In this document: piece by piece, positions 51,111 through 64,000 of the stretch
Layout of the letters: each line of letters begins with the position of its first letter
How positions within the stretch are numbered: the first letter of the stretch is position 1
Assembly (NCBI GenBank): GCA_964247055.1
Contig: OZ176052.1
Coordinates: 8,060,001 to 8,124,000, forward strand
Source of the DNA: Paragordius varius
Taxonomy: Eukaryota > Animalia > Nematomorpha
Length of the DNA stretch: 64,000 nt
Reading direction: 5' to 3'
The notes under the pieces: model-generated
What the model saw: the letters and a program-made list of their open reading frames with translations, nothing else
The model's database searches: none
What the model was told of the DNA's origin: nothing
Position numbers and translations under genes: made by a program

Positions 51111-51678
51111 ATGCAGCAAAATTTTAATCTCAAAGGTTTGATTAACTTAATTCTTTAGAAATTGTGGGATCTAATAGCTTTAGTGAGGTTAATATAAGGG
51201 CGGCTTGTAAAAAATGTGGATTTGGTATTTTAACTTATAATAAATAGTGGGACATTTGCCTTTCCAATGCCGAAATTATTTAACACTCAATGGATCTCAA
51301 AATAAAATGATATTAGATGTTAGCAGTACATCATCGGACGATGGCGGTGCAAATTTTATATCCCCTTTATCACAATTACGCGATGGTATATATTTTAATT
51401 TATTTTCAGACGAAGCCAAAATTGCTGAGATGAAAAAAATGTTGAAAGATAGTTTTCAATTAAATAAACCTATCATTAAAGATGATGCTGTATTATCAAC
51501 TTTAAAGAAATCTATGAAGAAAAGACTAAAAAAGAAACTTAAAAAGTTGGAAGATGATTCTTCCGAATCGGATCAACCCTCAAAGAAACATAAAAAATCA
51601 CATAGACACAAAAAATCGCATAAAAAACATAAAAAACATCATTCAAAAGATTGTCGAAATAATAAAGATAGAAATTGA
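51111..51678 (+). CDS. SREK1IP1: SREK1-interacting protein 1-like (p18SRP) CCHC zinc-knuckle, Lys/His-rich protein, 165 aa model
   Basis: Exons 51111-51135, 51159-51224, 51248-51385, 51410-51678. The spliced product contains RAACKKCGFVGHLPFQCRN and ILDVSSTSSDD, matching recalled SREK1IP1 RAGCKKCGYPGHLTFECRN..VLDVSSTSSED, plus a basic KKHKK tail. The model requires 23-, 23- and optionally 24-nt introns. Confidence 0.85.
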
Positions 51679-52019
51679 TCTTTATCAATAAAAAATTTAT
51701 TTATAATAAATGGCCGTACATAACATTTATATCAAGTGTCACCAACTTTTTGGACCGCTGGCCATTTTGAAATAAAAATTTGCAGTACATATAAGGTTAT
51801 AATAATTCACCGTTTGATTATGCATCATTTTTTTGAAAACATCGACACCAATGATAAATGACAATAACTCATGGTATCCCCCATCGTATTGGTGAACCAA
51901 TTTTCAGAGTACCGTGAGCTATAGAAGTATTGGAAAAAAACTATAAAAAACTTCTGCTAAAATTTTTATGATTTCAAATTTTTGTAAGATATATAATATA
52001 TTATCCTGTTATCATCATT

Positions 52020-52235
52020 CTTAATCAGGGCACCCAATAACGAGTGGTTAATGTATTTTTTTCCATGTTTTGCGGTTCTAGACGTCCTTAACATCAATTT
52101 TTTGTTCCTCAATTTGTGTGCCATGTTTTAAAAGGACCTGGTAAATCTATTAAATTAATTTATAATGTTGCATCTTTTCTAAAATATTGTCATCATCTCT
52201 TCGCTCAATGTGTCCTAATCAGCTTAGTTTTTTGG
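52020..52235 (-). mobile_element. RTE-type LINE 3'-end relic
   Basis: Minus-strand fragments LGHIERRDDDNILEKM, KTW and NRKTWKK resemble the RTE C-terminus seen at 6410-6636. Confidence 0.55.
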
Positions 52236-52460
52236 TTTGAATTATATAATCAATTGGGTCCATTTAAAAGATTGCGTGAGTGTCAAAATTAATATTGTAA
52301 TTATATTTGGATGGGTTTAATGCATTATTCTTGGATTTTATTTTCTGTTTGTAAAATTATATTTTTATTATATATATTATTTTACTGTGAAATAGTTTTA
52401 TTAAATCTGATTACAATTTATTGTTTAGTTTTTGCACGATCAGAGAAAGATACCATTTTT

Positions 52461-52576
52461 CAGTCAAAAGCAATATTTTTTCCGAGCAAGCGCACCATTT
52501 TTTCTTCCAAACGCAACTATTTCATTTATCTTTGCTTGAATGTTGCGTTAGCCTGAAAAAATGTTGCTTTTGACTG
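52461..52576. mobile_element. Short TIR element, second copy of the 48141 family
   Basis: TT|CAGTCAAAAGCAA ... TTGCTTTTGACTG|AA. Confidence 0.6.
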
Positions 52577-52696
52577 AACCCCTAACTTAAGTTTTGAACC
52601 CAATTTTTATTAAATGATTCATTTCCGAGTTATCCTTAAATTAACTAGGTAATAAGCCTCTTTAGATCGCATTAGTCGTATATATATATATATATA

Positions 52697-53948
52697 TACT
52701 GTGTGCAAAAAAGAGGGTCATTTTGATTTAACGAAAAAATTTTTTTTTCATGAGATAGCTTATGACCAGCGTATTCATTTGCCACAAAAATTTTTATTTG
52801 TTGACAACCTAGTTTTTGAAATATTGAGAGAAAATCGAAATCGGGCAAAAAGTGAAAAATAAGGATAATCAAGGATAATTCAAAAAACAATGATAAATTT
52901 GAAATATTATGGTTTATTATCATTTTAGGAGATATTTTCAATATATAAATAGCCTAAAATCATATAGTTTGGGTTAAAATTTCAGGTCAAAAGATGGCGT
53001 TTTTTTTTATATCACACTTAAAAGACAAAATAAATTTAATGAAACTATATTAAAACAATTTTTTTTAATTATTTACTACCTAAACTCACTATTAAAATCT
53101 TAACATTTATATTTTATTCAGGAAAAACTTCTAAATCAAAACAAAACCAAAAATACTGTTTTTTATTTTTGCATTTTTTTGTCATCTGGTTTATGAGTGT
53201 ATAAAATTATTCTGTTTTATTTTGGATTCTACATGATTAGGAATTATTAAGTATAATTTATGAAAATAGGATCTAAAAGTAGAGGAATATCAACCAACAA
53301 TCCTTACAATTTCCTGTAACAAATCTGTTTTATGACAAATTAATATTTGTATTGGGATTTGTACGGATTTAGTTGATATTCATCTACTTTTAAATCCTAT
53401 TTTGCATAAATTATATATTTCCCACTCATGTAAGAATCCAAAATAAAACAGTATAAATTTTTTATACAATCATAAACCAGATGACAAAAAAATGCAAAAA
53501 TAAAAAACAATATTTTTGGTTTTACTATGATATAGAAGTTTATTTTACCAAATAAACTATGATTGTTAAAATTTTAATAGTGAATTTAGGTAGTAAATAA
53601 TTAAAAAAATTATTTTAATATAGTTTCATTAAATTTATTTTGCCTTTTAAGTCTGATATAAGAAAAAAGCCATCTTTTGACCTGAAATTTTATATAAACC
53701 CAAACTATATAATTTTAGGCTATTTATGTATTGAAAATATCTCCTAAAATGATAATAAACCATAATATTTCAAATTTTATCATTGTTTTTTGAATTACTT
53801 AATTTTTACTTTTTGCCCGATTTCGATTGTCTCTCAATATCTCAAAAACTAGGATGTCAACAAATAAAAATTTTTGCGGCAAATGAATACGCTGGTCATA
53901 AGCTATCTCATGAAAAATTTTTTGTTAAAAATTTTTTTGAATACAGTG
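52697..53948. mobile_element. ~1.25-kb foldback/palindromic element (Tc1-like ends), arms ~615 bp
   Basis: Arms are reverse complements, as the mirrored ORFs 52672..52941(-) and 53783..53989(+) show. Ends TA|TACTGTGTGCAAAA and TTTTGAATACAGTG|TA. Spacer of only about 20-40 bp near 53314-53353. Confidence 0.88.
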
Positions 53949-54269
53949 TATATTTATATATTCCTAAAGAAATAAAAAAATGTATTTGATGGCTTTGGTC
54001 TGTTCTTAAGTTTAACCTTGTAAACTACTGTTTTGAAAGTTTTGTCAAAATATAATTATAAAACTTTCTCCTTTATTAGATAAAAAATCTATACTTTTTA
54101 CAGTTTTGTGACTTCTATATTCTAAAATTAGGACAACATTCAAAACATTGTACTAAACATCTGATTTAAAAATAAATAAATATTAAGTTTTTGCTGTTGC
54201 ATGAAAGCTCATTAAAAATTAGTTATTTACATTTTCTACCATAATATGCATTAATTTGTTTGATTTATA

Positions 54270-54466
54270 AAAAATTGATGAAAAAAATGGCGGTGAAAAA
54301 GTTTGAGATGAGGACTTTTTCACAATTTTCCATTTTTAAAAAACTTGTATTATGCGCTTAGTAGGCTAAAGAAAGCATTTTAAATTCGGCCTAATACCTT
54401 AAAATTTTAGGATAATTTAATTTCAAATCGCTATGGGATATAAAAGTACCCAAAGGTTATGAAGTG
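54270..54466. mobile_element. Right-end fragment of the piggyBac-like family
   Basis: AAAAATGGCGG...GTTTGAGATG as in 14690-14710. Ends GCTATGGGATATAAAAGTACCCAAAGGTTATGAAGTG|TTAA. Confidence 0.55.
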
Positions 54467-57400
54467 TTAATAGATATTAGGTTGCTAAAACGCTGTTTGT
54501 CCTTTTAAAATTATTGAGGATGTCCGTGGAACCAGTATTATCCGTTATGTTTTTGCACCGTCATTTTTAACATATTATTTCTCTGCCACGCCTTTTCAAT
54601 GAAACATTTAATGGACCAAGTATTTGATTTGATTTTTTTCTTTAAATTGATCGGTTTCTAATTATATTGTTGCTTTCAGTAAGATAGCAAAAATTACCTT
54701 GTATGGAGACTTTCCTTTTCACCAATGTATATCTTTGATAGATGGAACTACTCTCCGTATTGGATGATTAGGTTACTACTGCCAAACTTACATGATAATT
54801 TATCAGAAAATAATTTATTAATTTTAAAATTAAATAGAGTAGGATTTGACCAATGGTGTAATGTGTTTTTAATATGTTTTTATGTTATATTGTGGATTAA
54901 GAAATTTTTAATTTTTTTTTAATTTTGCATAGTGAACCATAGATTTTTAAATTTCTAATGGTTTAATTAATCGCTGTTCTTCTCATAGTTTAATTCAAAA
55001 AAACTATAATAAATTGAAATTGCCACTTATTGCAGTGAAGGCGTACGTGTGCCTCCAAAAAAGATTGGACTCTGATAAAAGCAGTGTTTACTAGAGATTT
55101 GGGGCTTTTATTTGCACATTAATATAGATTTCCAGTGTACTAATTCTTTGTCAGCGGCCATATTTTAACCTGCTTAAGCTTTTGTTCGAGCTTATTTATT
55201 AATACTAAATTTTAAAGGGCCCCGGGTTGCCGAACCTTATACATAATACAATACATTATACAATAGTTCAAAGTTTGGTACAATTTTAATTTTACAAAAT
55301 TTAAATAAAAGAGTTTTTTTAAAAAAGATAGAAATGACCCTATAAATCCAATTTTAATCTTCAAAATGCTACTCTGCTAAATCAGGGTTAAGCCTGGTGT
55401 TAATTTTCAGTTAAAATTCAAATTTTCGGTTTAATTTTCATGAATGTCAATTAAATTTATTTAAATTCGTATAACCGACTGCATTTATACTAAAATTGAA
55501 ATGTTGAATATATATACGAATATGTTGAAACCCTAAGTCAAATAGTTGTGTCGTACTGCTGAGTGCTAACAAGCACGAACTAGTCTACGATTACTATTAA
55601 CGAAAGGCTTTCGCATATCATTTATAGTTTCAGTTTATAAATATATTTTCATTTTTTCTATTTAATTTTCGTTTATCATTATCTTACGGATTTAACAACT
55701 GTTATTACAAAACATAATCAATCCGTCATTTACCATTACAAAGATAATTTTTATTGGCAAGGTGGATAATTTTTTGCGATCTCTTTTAATTCACTGTAAA
55801 AGGCGGGACCTTACAACATTTTAAATCTTATATTCCAAAATAAAATTTCTACTAGTTACGTTAATCGGGTATTCATGTTCTAAATCAATATTTTAGCCTT
55901 GAAACTAATCCGGAATCGGTGATTGTGTTTGAGTGTAACCTACCTTTAAATGCGCGCGTTTTCTAATGTTTAAGAAATTACAAAAATAATTTATTAGGGT
56001 TAATCTAATTCCAAATAGGAACCGTTTAGTTTGTCATCGCTGCCCTTTAAGCAAAATTTCTAATAATAAAAAAGTATCAGGTGTGTATATGGATGCGGCC
56101 CTAAAACTGCCTTTTCTTCCTGATTTCATAGGTACTTAATTAAAGTATATAGTGCACATGTTTTTAATGCAACGCAATGTGTGTGTGCGTATTGTGCTAG
56201 GCCCTTGAGGCAAGAAAAATTCGATTCCTTTCAATTTTTTGATGAGTACAACTAATATATTTATAAATGTTTTTCAAACAAATGCATTACGAGACCTATA
56301 GACTAGTATTTTTATGACATACCATGTATGTAATTTTTCATTTTTTGTTGTATATAATTCGTTCGAACACTGTATTTTTTCTCCACAAGTTTTAGAATAG
56401 ATAACTAATTAAATTCAAATACCCAATACATGCTAACCAATATATAATTTTTTCCATTTAAAATACTGAATCGACCAATAATATAGAGACTAAAATGTCG
56501 GATATAAAGTTTACTTTTTCTCATTATATGACAAATTTTCTCTAAAAATTCCAATAATAATGCTTTTAATTGTATACGTTTTCCTATGGGCGTTGCATTT
56601 TGATTGTTAAAGCATTATGGTCATTACTATAACCGCTATTAAAATTAATTAATCCAATTTTTTTACATTTGTTGCGACGTTATATAAAATAATTATAAAT
56701 ACAATAGATAGTGCTAAAAGTATATTTTATGTCAAATAATTATTTTTTGATTGTTTTGCTTAAATATTTAATTTAAGACCAATTTAAATAATTATTGGAT
56801 TTTATTTTCTTTATTACAACCTATAAATATTGTTGTGGTAACTTGGTTGGTATTGACCGGTTAGATATTTTTGGCCTCGTAATAACTTAATCATTCCCTT
56901 ACATGTTTATTTATTTCATGGGTGGAGGAAGTGCTTGTTTCAAGTTTAAAAAATTATTGGCCCAAATGAGCTAAAAAAATTTTGATTAGTGAATGTGATA
57001 TTTGCAGAAAATATTTTATTAGGAAAAAAATTCCCGAGTAACATATCTACAGAATAATTTACAAGTTTAAAATAATAAGCGGATTAGTATGAATATAAAA
57101 AAAGTACAATGGTTTACCTTTTTATGATTTACATGAGTTTGGGAATTCATATTTTAAAATTATGCTGTAAATTCCACTCGCATTTTATCCTCGTTCTATG
57201 CAAAAAATTAATCCATTACGATTACATGATAATGGAATCAGTTAATTTTACCTAAGGAATTATCTTACTTCCCTTTTTTATTTCTTTATTTATTAGTTAG
57301 TATGTGTCAAATTCTTAGAATATTTTTAAAATAAATAACTATGTATTAAATTTTGTATGCAAGAGTGAATATTTAGTAACACATTTATTATAACATAATT

Positions 57401-57752
57401 AAAAAATAATTTATAGGAGGTAGGCGGTTTAATTTTTGGTTGTTATTTAAAGAAATTTAAAATTTTTAATATGTATATGTATATATACTATATATGATAA
57501 AATAAGTTTTTTGAGCATTTTATGGTTTATTTATATTTTGCAATTCATTGTCGATTGATAGCCTCAGGCGCTTTCATATTAATAATTTAAAAACTACGTT
57601 CATATCAAAATCATCAAAAATTGTTGAATTAATATGACTTAACAAATTAGATACCCGGCAAGCATGGTTATAGCATGCTTATATATATACATACATATAT
57701 TTAAATCGGTTAAATGATTTAATATAATTTTTTATTAAAATTACATCACATT

Positions 57753-60700
57753 ATGAAGAAAACTTTACGTTGTCCATCAAGCCATAAACTAAGGCTATTC
57801 CTTATAATTATTTCATGTTTGATATTATTCTCCACCATTGTTGAAACACAAAGACAATTTGGTTATAACGTTAAGCATAAATGTCCAAAGTTTCCCGTTA
57901 ATCGAGAATGTACATGTCAAGCAGGTATATCTGTTTTTACAGGAGATGATGTCTATGATGTAATTTGTTTCGACATTAAAAGTGGGGAAGAATTTAATGA
58001 AATCATTGATGCATTTGAAAATGATGCTCAGGCACACAAATATCCGATTCTCCTTTCATTTCATCGGAGTAAATTCGATCACGTAGATGTGCTTGGTAAG
58101 CCACATTCGACGATTCAGATTCAGGAACTTCATTTCTTACACACTCAATTTGCCAATATGAGTGAAAGTGCTTTGAAACATTTAAGCCCTAACCTGCAAA
58201 TCCTAACTATCATAGATAACTCATTGTCTCCAAAACTTCAAACAAATAATATACGAGCACTCTTTCGAGCCATCGGATTCTTAAACAATCTACAACAAAT
58301 CGAAATTTCACTACCTGATCTCTTAGATATTGATATGTCATTCTTCAACAATTTTCCTCGCCTCGAAAAATTGTTACTTATATTTCCCAGTTTACGCATA
58401 GTTCATCATAATCGTATGATTGATTTGCCCAAATTGAAAATGTTCTCACTAGTTAGTAAATTGCCATATGTTTTGAGGGGATTTGTGAGTCTGCCAAAAC
58501 TCTCGTACTTCTCATATACGTCTAATATGTTACGTGGCTTAGGGAGGGAAACTCTTGTAAATGCATCAGCTCTGGAAGAGCTTGATTTAAGTAATTGTCA
58601 ACTTGAATACATAGCTTCAGGTGCATTTGATTCAAATCATAAAATATCTCATTTGGATTTATCGAATAATCATTTGAAATGGTTGCCGCCTCTGTGTACA
58701 AAACATTCGTCAACGGAAAAAAATGAAAAAAATGAGAAGCGGGCCGCCACCGGATCTTCAGTAGGACGACGCCAATCAAAGACAAGCCTCACGTCAGAAA
58801 CAATAGATGAATCTGATGTGGAAACTGAGACTCCAGAAGAAAAAGCTGAAGAGATTTTAGATTTAAAAGAGTCGGTCACAGACAATGAGGGCGGCACTAA
58901 TGACGAGAGTGACAATGATGTCGATAGGGGATCAAACACCGTGTCTTTGCATTTGACAGTGCTAAATTTGGGTAAAAACTTCTTTACTGGTCATACCCTA
59001 AATGAATCTACCTTAGCACATTGCAATCATATTAAAACTTTATATTTAAGTGATAATTTATTAAGCCATATACATGCGGATTTTCTTAATTCTGCTCGTC
59101 ATACCTTACGAAATTTGCATCTTGAAAGAAATAAAATAAAGCATATACCATTAGATGTTTTGTCAAAGTTAACTAATTTATCCAATCTAAACATGGCAGG
59201 AAATTATATAACTCGAGTTCCCCATTTTGCATTTCGCAATAATCCTAATCTTAAAATATTGGATCTTACATCTAACCGAATTTCTGAATTTCCTTTGAGC
59301 TCCATTGAAAAATCTCAGCAAACCATAATGGAAATACGACTAGCCCATAATCAATTGACAGAATTTAAATTTGAAGATCTTGAATTCTTTAATAATATAA
59401 CATCACTGGATTTAAGCTTCAATAAAATCACCAGTGTCAAAGGAATTGTTGATCTATCATTGGTTACACACCACATCTTTAATATCAATTTGGTTGGTAA
59501 GTAATTAATTTTTAATTAATTTTTGGTATATTAACATAGTGGATAAAATTGAGGCCCAAATAAATATAGCGATTAAAATATAATCAAATAAATATATTAG
59601 GATCTCATGGTGCCTTTGATTTTGGGCCTTACAAGTCATTTAAGAAAAAAATGGGCTTTTGTTGAATTTGCACCATATTAAAAATACGCAAAATCAGCTC
59701 TTATTGTGCTGAATATAATTTTTAAAATATATATTTGGGCAAAAAAATATTTCTATCAAATTATTTACATGTAGGCTTCCCTAGTCTCAAATTTTCCTCT
59801 AAGGGTTAGTTTTTAAATACACGTAAAAATGCCGTAATTGCGCGATTTTTTAAATATGCTAGAAAGATATCAAAATAAGTTATTTTGGAAAAAATGCATA
59901 TTTTGCTTCAAATTTAGAATTTGGTGAAGCGTATTTTATGGTTTTTTGAAGCATTATGGAAACCATTTACAATTTAAATAACATATTTGTGTGCTCTCAA
60001 ATTTAATATAATCTTTAACAAAAGGTGATTGATATTTCGATAGCATTGAAATATATAGACAAAGTTTTTTTTATATCTTTAACAATGTTTACATTTCCAC
60101 CATGCTTGAAAATACCATAAAATACGCTTCAATAATATTTCACTAAACTTAAATTTGTGATCAAAACATGATTCTTTCTAAAATAACTTAATCAAATGCT
60201 GTTAACATATAATAACTACTGTTATCGCGCAATATGGCCTTCTTAAGTTGATTATTTTGAGTCCAAAATTTTGAAACTTATCGTGCCTCTATCATAAATT
60301 TAATAATGTTTGCTTTTGAATTATAGTTTATAATATAATCGTATGATGTTTTCTGGAATTAATCATTCAACTATCACCAAATAAATTTATTTGGCCAATT
60401 GAATTTGGTGATTTTTGATATCGAGCAATTACCACAATAAATGACTCGTAAATCCCAAAAGCACCATGGAAACCCTAATACATTTTCAATCTGAATAAAT
60501 ATAATTTCTACATTATATGTGCATTAATAGTCATCATTCTTTTTATTTTTTTAGCGAAAAGATAAAAATATTGTTTATAATTGATAATAATAATAAATGT
60601 TTTTTGTTTCCATTTAAGCATTAAATAATTCTAAATGATTAGCCTCTAAAACCTAATTAGCTATATATTTTTGAAATTATTATTGTATTTTTAACAATAT

Positions 60701-63700
60701 AAAAATGTTTTAAAGGTTTATGCAAAGATTAAAAAACTAGGTTATATGGCAAGATCAACTTTTAATCATCAGAACCCTAAAAAGCACATATTTGTTTAAA
60801 TATTGTTTTATCAATTTTAATTAAATATTACTTTGTACCTTGATAAATAGTAAAAAATCAACTTATTTATCTGATATAATTGACGGAATACATAATAAAA
60901 ACATTTAATAAATTAAAATTTGATAGGAGGCGCTTTATATTTTTACATATGTCTATAAAAAAATATTATAATTTAAACACTTGTGTGATATGTTCACGAT
61001 CGATATTCCATTTGTTTTATTTGCTTACAAATTACATCAACTAAATTTCCAAATAATCTATTATAATTCTACAAGGCTTGGAACCGAAACTATAGCTTGT
61101 ATGGAACTATAAAATTGAAAAAACCGAACATTAGGGATCTCAGATGGGATCATTTAATTTATAAGTGATTGTTATAGCAGATCGCAATTAAAAATTGGTG
61201 ACAAGGTGGGAATAAAGAAAAAATAATTTTAGAAACCACAGATAATGGTGTATAACTGTAGTTTATAATACAAAAAATTGTTTTTATTTTCTCAAATGGA
61301 AAGAATTAATCTGCCAGGAGGCACCTTTTAACATTTACTAAAAATATCAGATAACTTATAATTTAGCATAATGATCCAAACCCGCCCACTAGCCGCATGT
61401 GTCCCTAAAAATGCTTTTTATGGCCCTAAATTAAATTTTTCTATTTTTTTGCTTAAACTATTAAATTCAAAAAATTTAGGCGCGACGATATTTATTCATA
61501 TTTCGGTATTAAAACGATTTCAGATTCTGTAATTTTTCAATTGTATAAATAATAATATTTTATGAGAAGAATTTCCGACTTTTTTCTTTGAAACTTATGC
61601 TTCAATTTTGATCATACACATCTTGTTGAAGAATATAAATGATTCCGTTCAAAAAACATTAGTTTGCAAATAGGGTTGGTTATGTTAAGTTTTGGCATGC
61701 CAACTAAATATTCATAGATAAAATGTGGTGAAGTTATTATTGTTTTGTCTAACTTTCATCGGGGCGGCACGTATATAAATAAAATATGTTAAAATAGGGA
61801 TATGACGTTATAGCCTGTTATGATACCAGATTTGTCAAAACTATTGGTTAACATTAAATACGTCCATTTAAGATGTTATTTTCGAAATAATTGTGTATAA
61901 CCCGCAAAAAAATTTGATATACTGATTCAATCTTTAAGTATTTGCATATTAAGCGAACTATGCAATATTTGTCGGTATTATATTGTGGCCCTTTTATTTA
62001 AAAAAAAAATTTATTCGGCCGGTCATACCACTGCGTTATTATATAAGTTGCTTTTTAAAAAAATATTTTTTAATCTTAGATAAATTAACATTAGATATGA
62101 AACCATAATTATTGCTTGAGTCAGCACCCTCAATATTATAAAATTTTAAAATGAATATTTATTTGGAAACGTAAGAAAAATAAACAAAATACACCAAGTT
62201 GGCGGTTTAGTTTGTTAAATGTAGGATGCGAATTACAATGCATCCCAGCAATCAAAAATATTTATATATGTTGAGAACAAATAATACATTTTTGTGGTAT
62301 ATACGTTTTGTTTTTGTTAAACACAGGTAACCCTATAACTTGTGATTGTGATGTTTACAAACTTATTAAATGGTATTATTATGAATCAAATTTGGTGGAT
62401 GTCCCTATTATTCAATTGGAAGCGACTTGTTCGAATCCCAAACATGGTATAAGGGAACATTCATTGCTTAGCCATCGTCTCATGCTAAAGCTTCAGCAAC
62501 TTTGTGGTGAACCTGACGAAAATTTTGAGAATCAAACATCACCTTCGTTGATTGCCGACATCTTTGGAATAAATAAGGCGAAAAAGGTATTTATAACACG
62601 GTAGCATAAATAATAAATATATATATATATATATATATATTTCATGTGTCATTTAAATGCAGATAATATCTCACCCAAAAACAGTAAAAATAAAGCGGGG
62701 TGAGACAAAAAAGAATTAATTGCATTTTATATTTTATCACATATGGACTTTAACATTATGTAGGAAATATTTTTTTAAACTTTATCAATTATATTTTTAT
62801 TTAAAAAAAACTCTTTATCAATTATATTTTTTTAAAAAAAAACTCTAAAGTTGGCATCAATGGGTTCCAAAGCACAAATCGATATATGGGAGCACCGAAT
62901 AACCTAAAAAATATTTTAGTTTTTTATTGAAACTACATAACACCATACACCGAATGAATACTTAGCTAGTTTTAATAATATAAATTTTTATCAAAGCCGT
63001 GTCAGGGCCGTTTGCAGTATCCAGAATAAAGCGGAAATTTAGAGAAAGACTTGAAAAAAATTGTAAAATAAGTTGACATTGCAATGTAGAAAAAGATATC
63101 TTTCGCCTGATTTGATATAAAAATTTATTAAATTACAAAATTTGATTTAACTATTAAATAAAAATTTATAATTAATTTGACAATAAATATTTCAATGTAA
63201 AAATCAGAGCCCATAGATACATATGTTCAAAAATGTCTAAGCATGCAACTTTCCAACGATCATCTCCTTTCAAAATTTTATATAATCCCAAAATTATGAG
63301 TCTCGAAACTAATATTATTTTAAAATGTATATTGAGTGTTGCTACATTTAATTAAGTAACGATGTAATATGAAGTGCAAAAGTAATAGCACATTATTTTT
63401 CTATTCTTTGATTTATAAAAAACATTTGACTACAAATTTAAGCTAAAATTTTTTTGGTAGTAATAATTTTTTTATCAAAAATTCTGAGTTATTAGAAATC
63501 TTAAGCAGCATTTATTGTACAAAAATTATAAACATTTATACCTTTTGCAGCATCCTAAGATATCTAATTATATTATATTGCTCTTTGCATATATGAAGCT
63601 AAGTTGCAGATTTCAATTTATTTTATGCACCATATACATCAAAACGTGTTGTTAAAGCATTTTAAAACATAAATTAACACAACATTTATTATAATGAATA

Positions 63701-64000
63701 GGCCAAACAGTTTCCCGGTGATAATAAATCCCATGCTCTCTCTCCATATCGTTCGGGTGACAAAGCTACCTATACGCCGAAAAATTCTCAACAGTGGAAA
63801 GGACATTTAGTAATTGTCACACTTAGTATTTTGTTTGCCATATCTGTACTCATGCTATTTGCCTTATTTGTTAACCGTTATGGCTTAACGAAACGCACCC
63901 TGAGCAATAAAACAAATTTCCTACTTTCCAAATTCCATCTTGGAAATGCGTCGAATTCATCATCTGGCCATCGAGCGGTATGGGGTTCTGGTATGGGATC
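57753..64000 (+). CDS. Single-pass leucine-rich-repeat membrane protein (signal peptide, LRRNT, LRR array, LRRCT, TM); 3'-partial
   Basis: Exons 57753-59496, 62327-62586, 63702->64000 (phases 1, 0). N-terminal hydrophobic LFLIIISCLILFSTIV; Cys cap CPKFPVNRECTC; many LxxLxLxxN repeats (LEELDLSNCQL, LKILDLTSNRI); GNPITCDC..ATC LRRCT. TM HLVIVTLSILFAISVLMLFALFV in the last exon, which stays open to the window end. Confidence 0.9.

Noticed and set aside
52672-53989. Two near-identical ORFs on opposite strands as duplicated genes
   Set aside because: They are mirror translations of the palindrome arms.
57825-58939. Antisense ORFs within the LRR exon (also 22040..22327, 31937..32152, 32226..32525 in other genes)
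   Set aside because: They are shadow frames of real coding exons with no independent motifs.
63860-64000. Minus-strand frame DPIPEPHTARWPDDEFDAFPRWNLESRKF as the end of another gene
   Set aside because: The plus strand has a proper acceptor, the correct phase and a transmembrane helix completing the LRR gene.

Overview
A very AT-rich animal (invertebrate-type) genomic window with GT-AG introns; the species cannot be determined from sequence alone. I found no rRNA, tRNA or CRISPR features. Five intron-containing protein genes can be assembled by hand with consistent splice phases: (1) a class B1 (secretin-family) GPCR on +, about 12562-22509; (2) a 151-aa BTB/POZ-only protein on -, 22629-28258, which the ORF track shows only as a fragment; (3) an ADAMTS-like M12B metalloprotease on -, 28446 to at least 44139; (4) an SREK1IP1-like zinc-knuckle gene on +, 51111-51678; (5) a single-pass LRR membrane protein on +, from 57753 past the window end. 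Introns and intergenic DNA are packed with transposon relics. These include a young non-autonomous Helitron family with a 160-bp mini-element and a copy with a different 3' end, hAT MITEs with 8-bp TSDs, Tc1/mariner MITEs, a Mos1-like mariner relic, piggyBac-like TTAA elements, RTE-type LINE relics and a ~1.25-kb palindrome. The most striking observation is that the SREK1IP1-like gene appears to contain 23-, 23- and 24-nt GT-AG introns, while introns I could define in neighbouring genes are 64 nt to several kb. All gene models are manual and unverified by transcripts.
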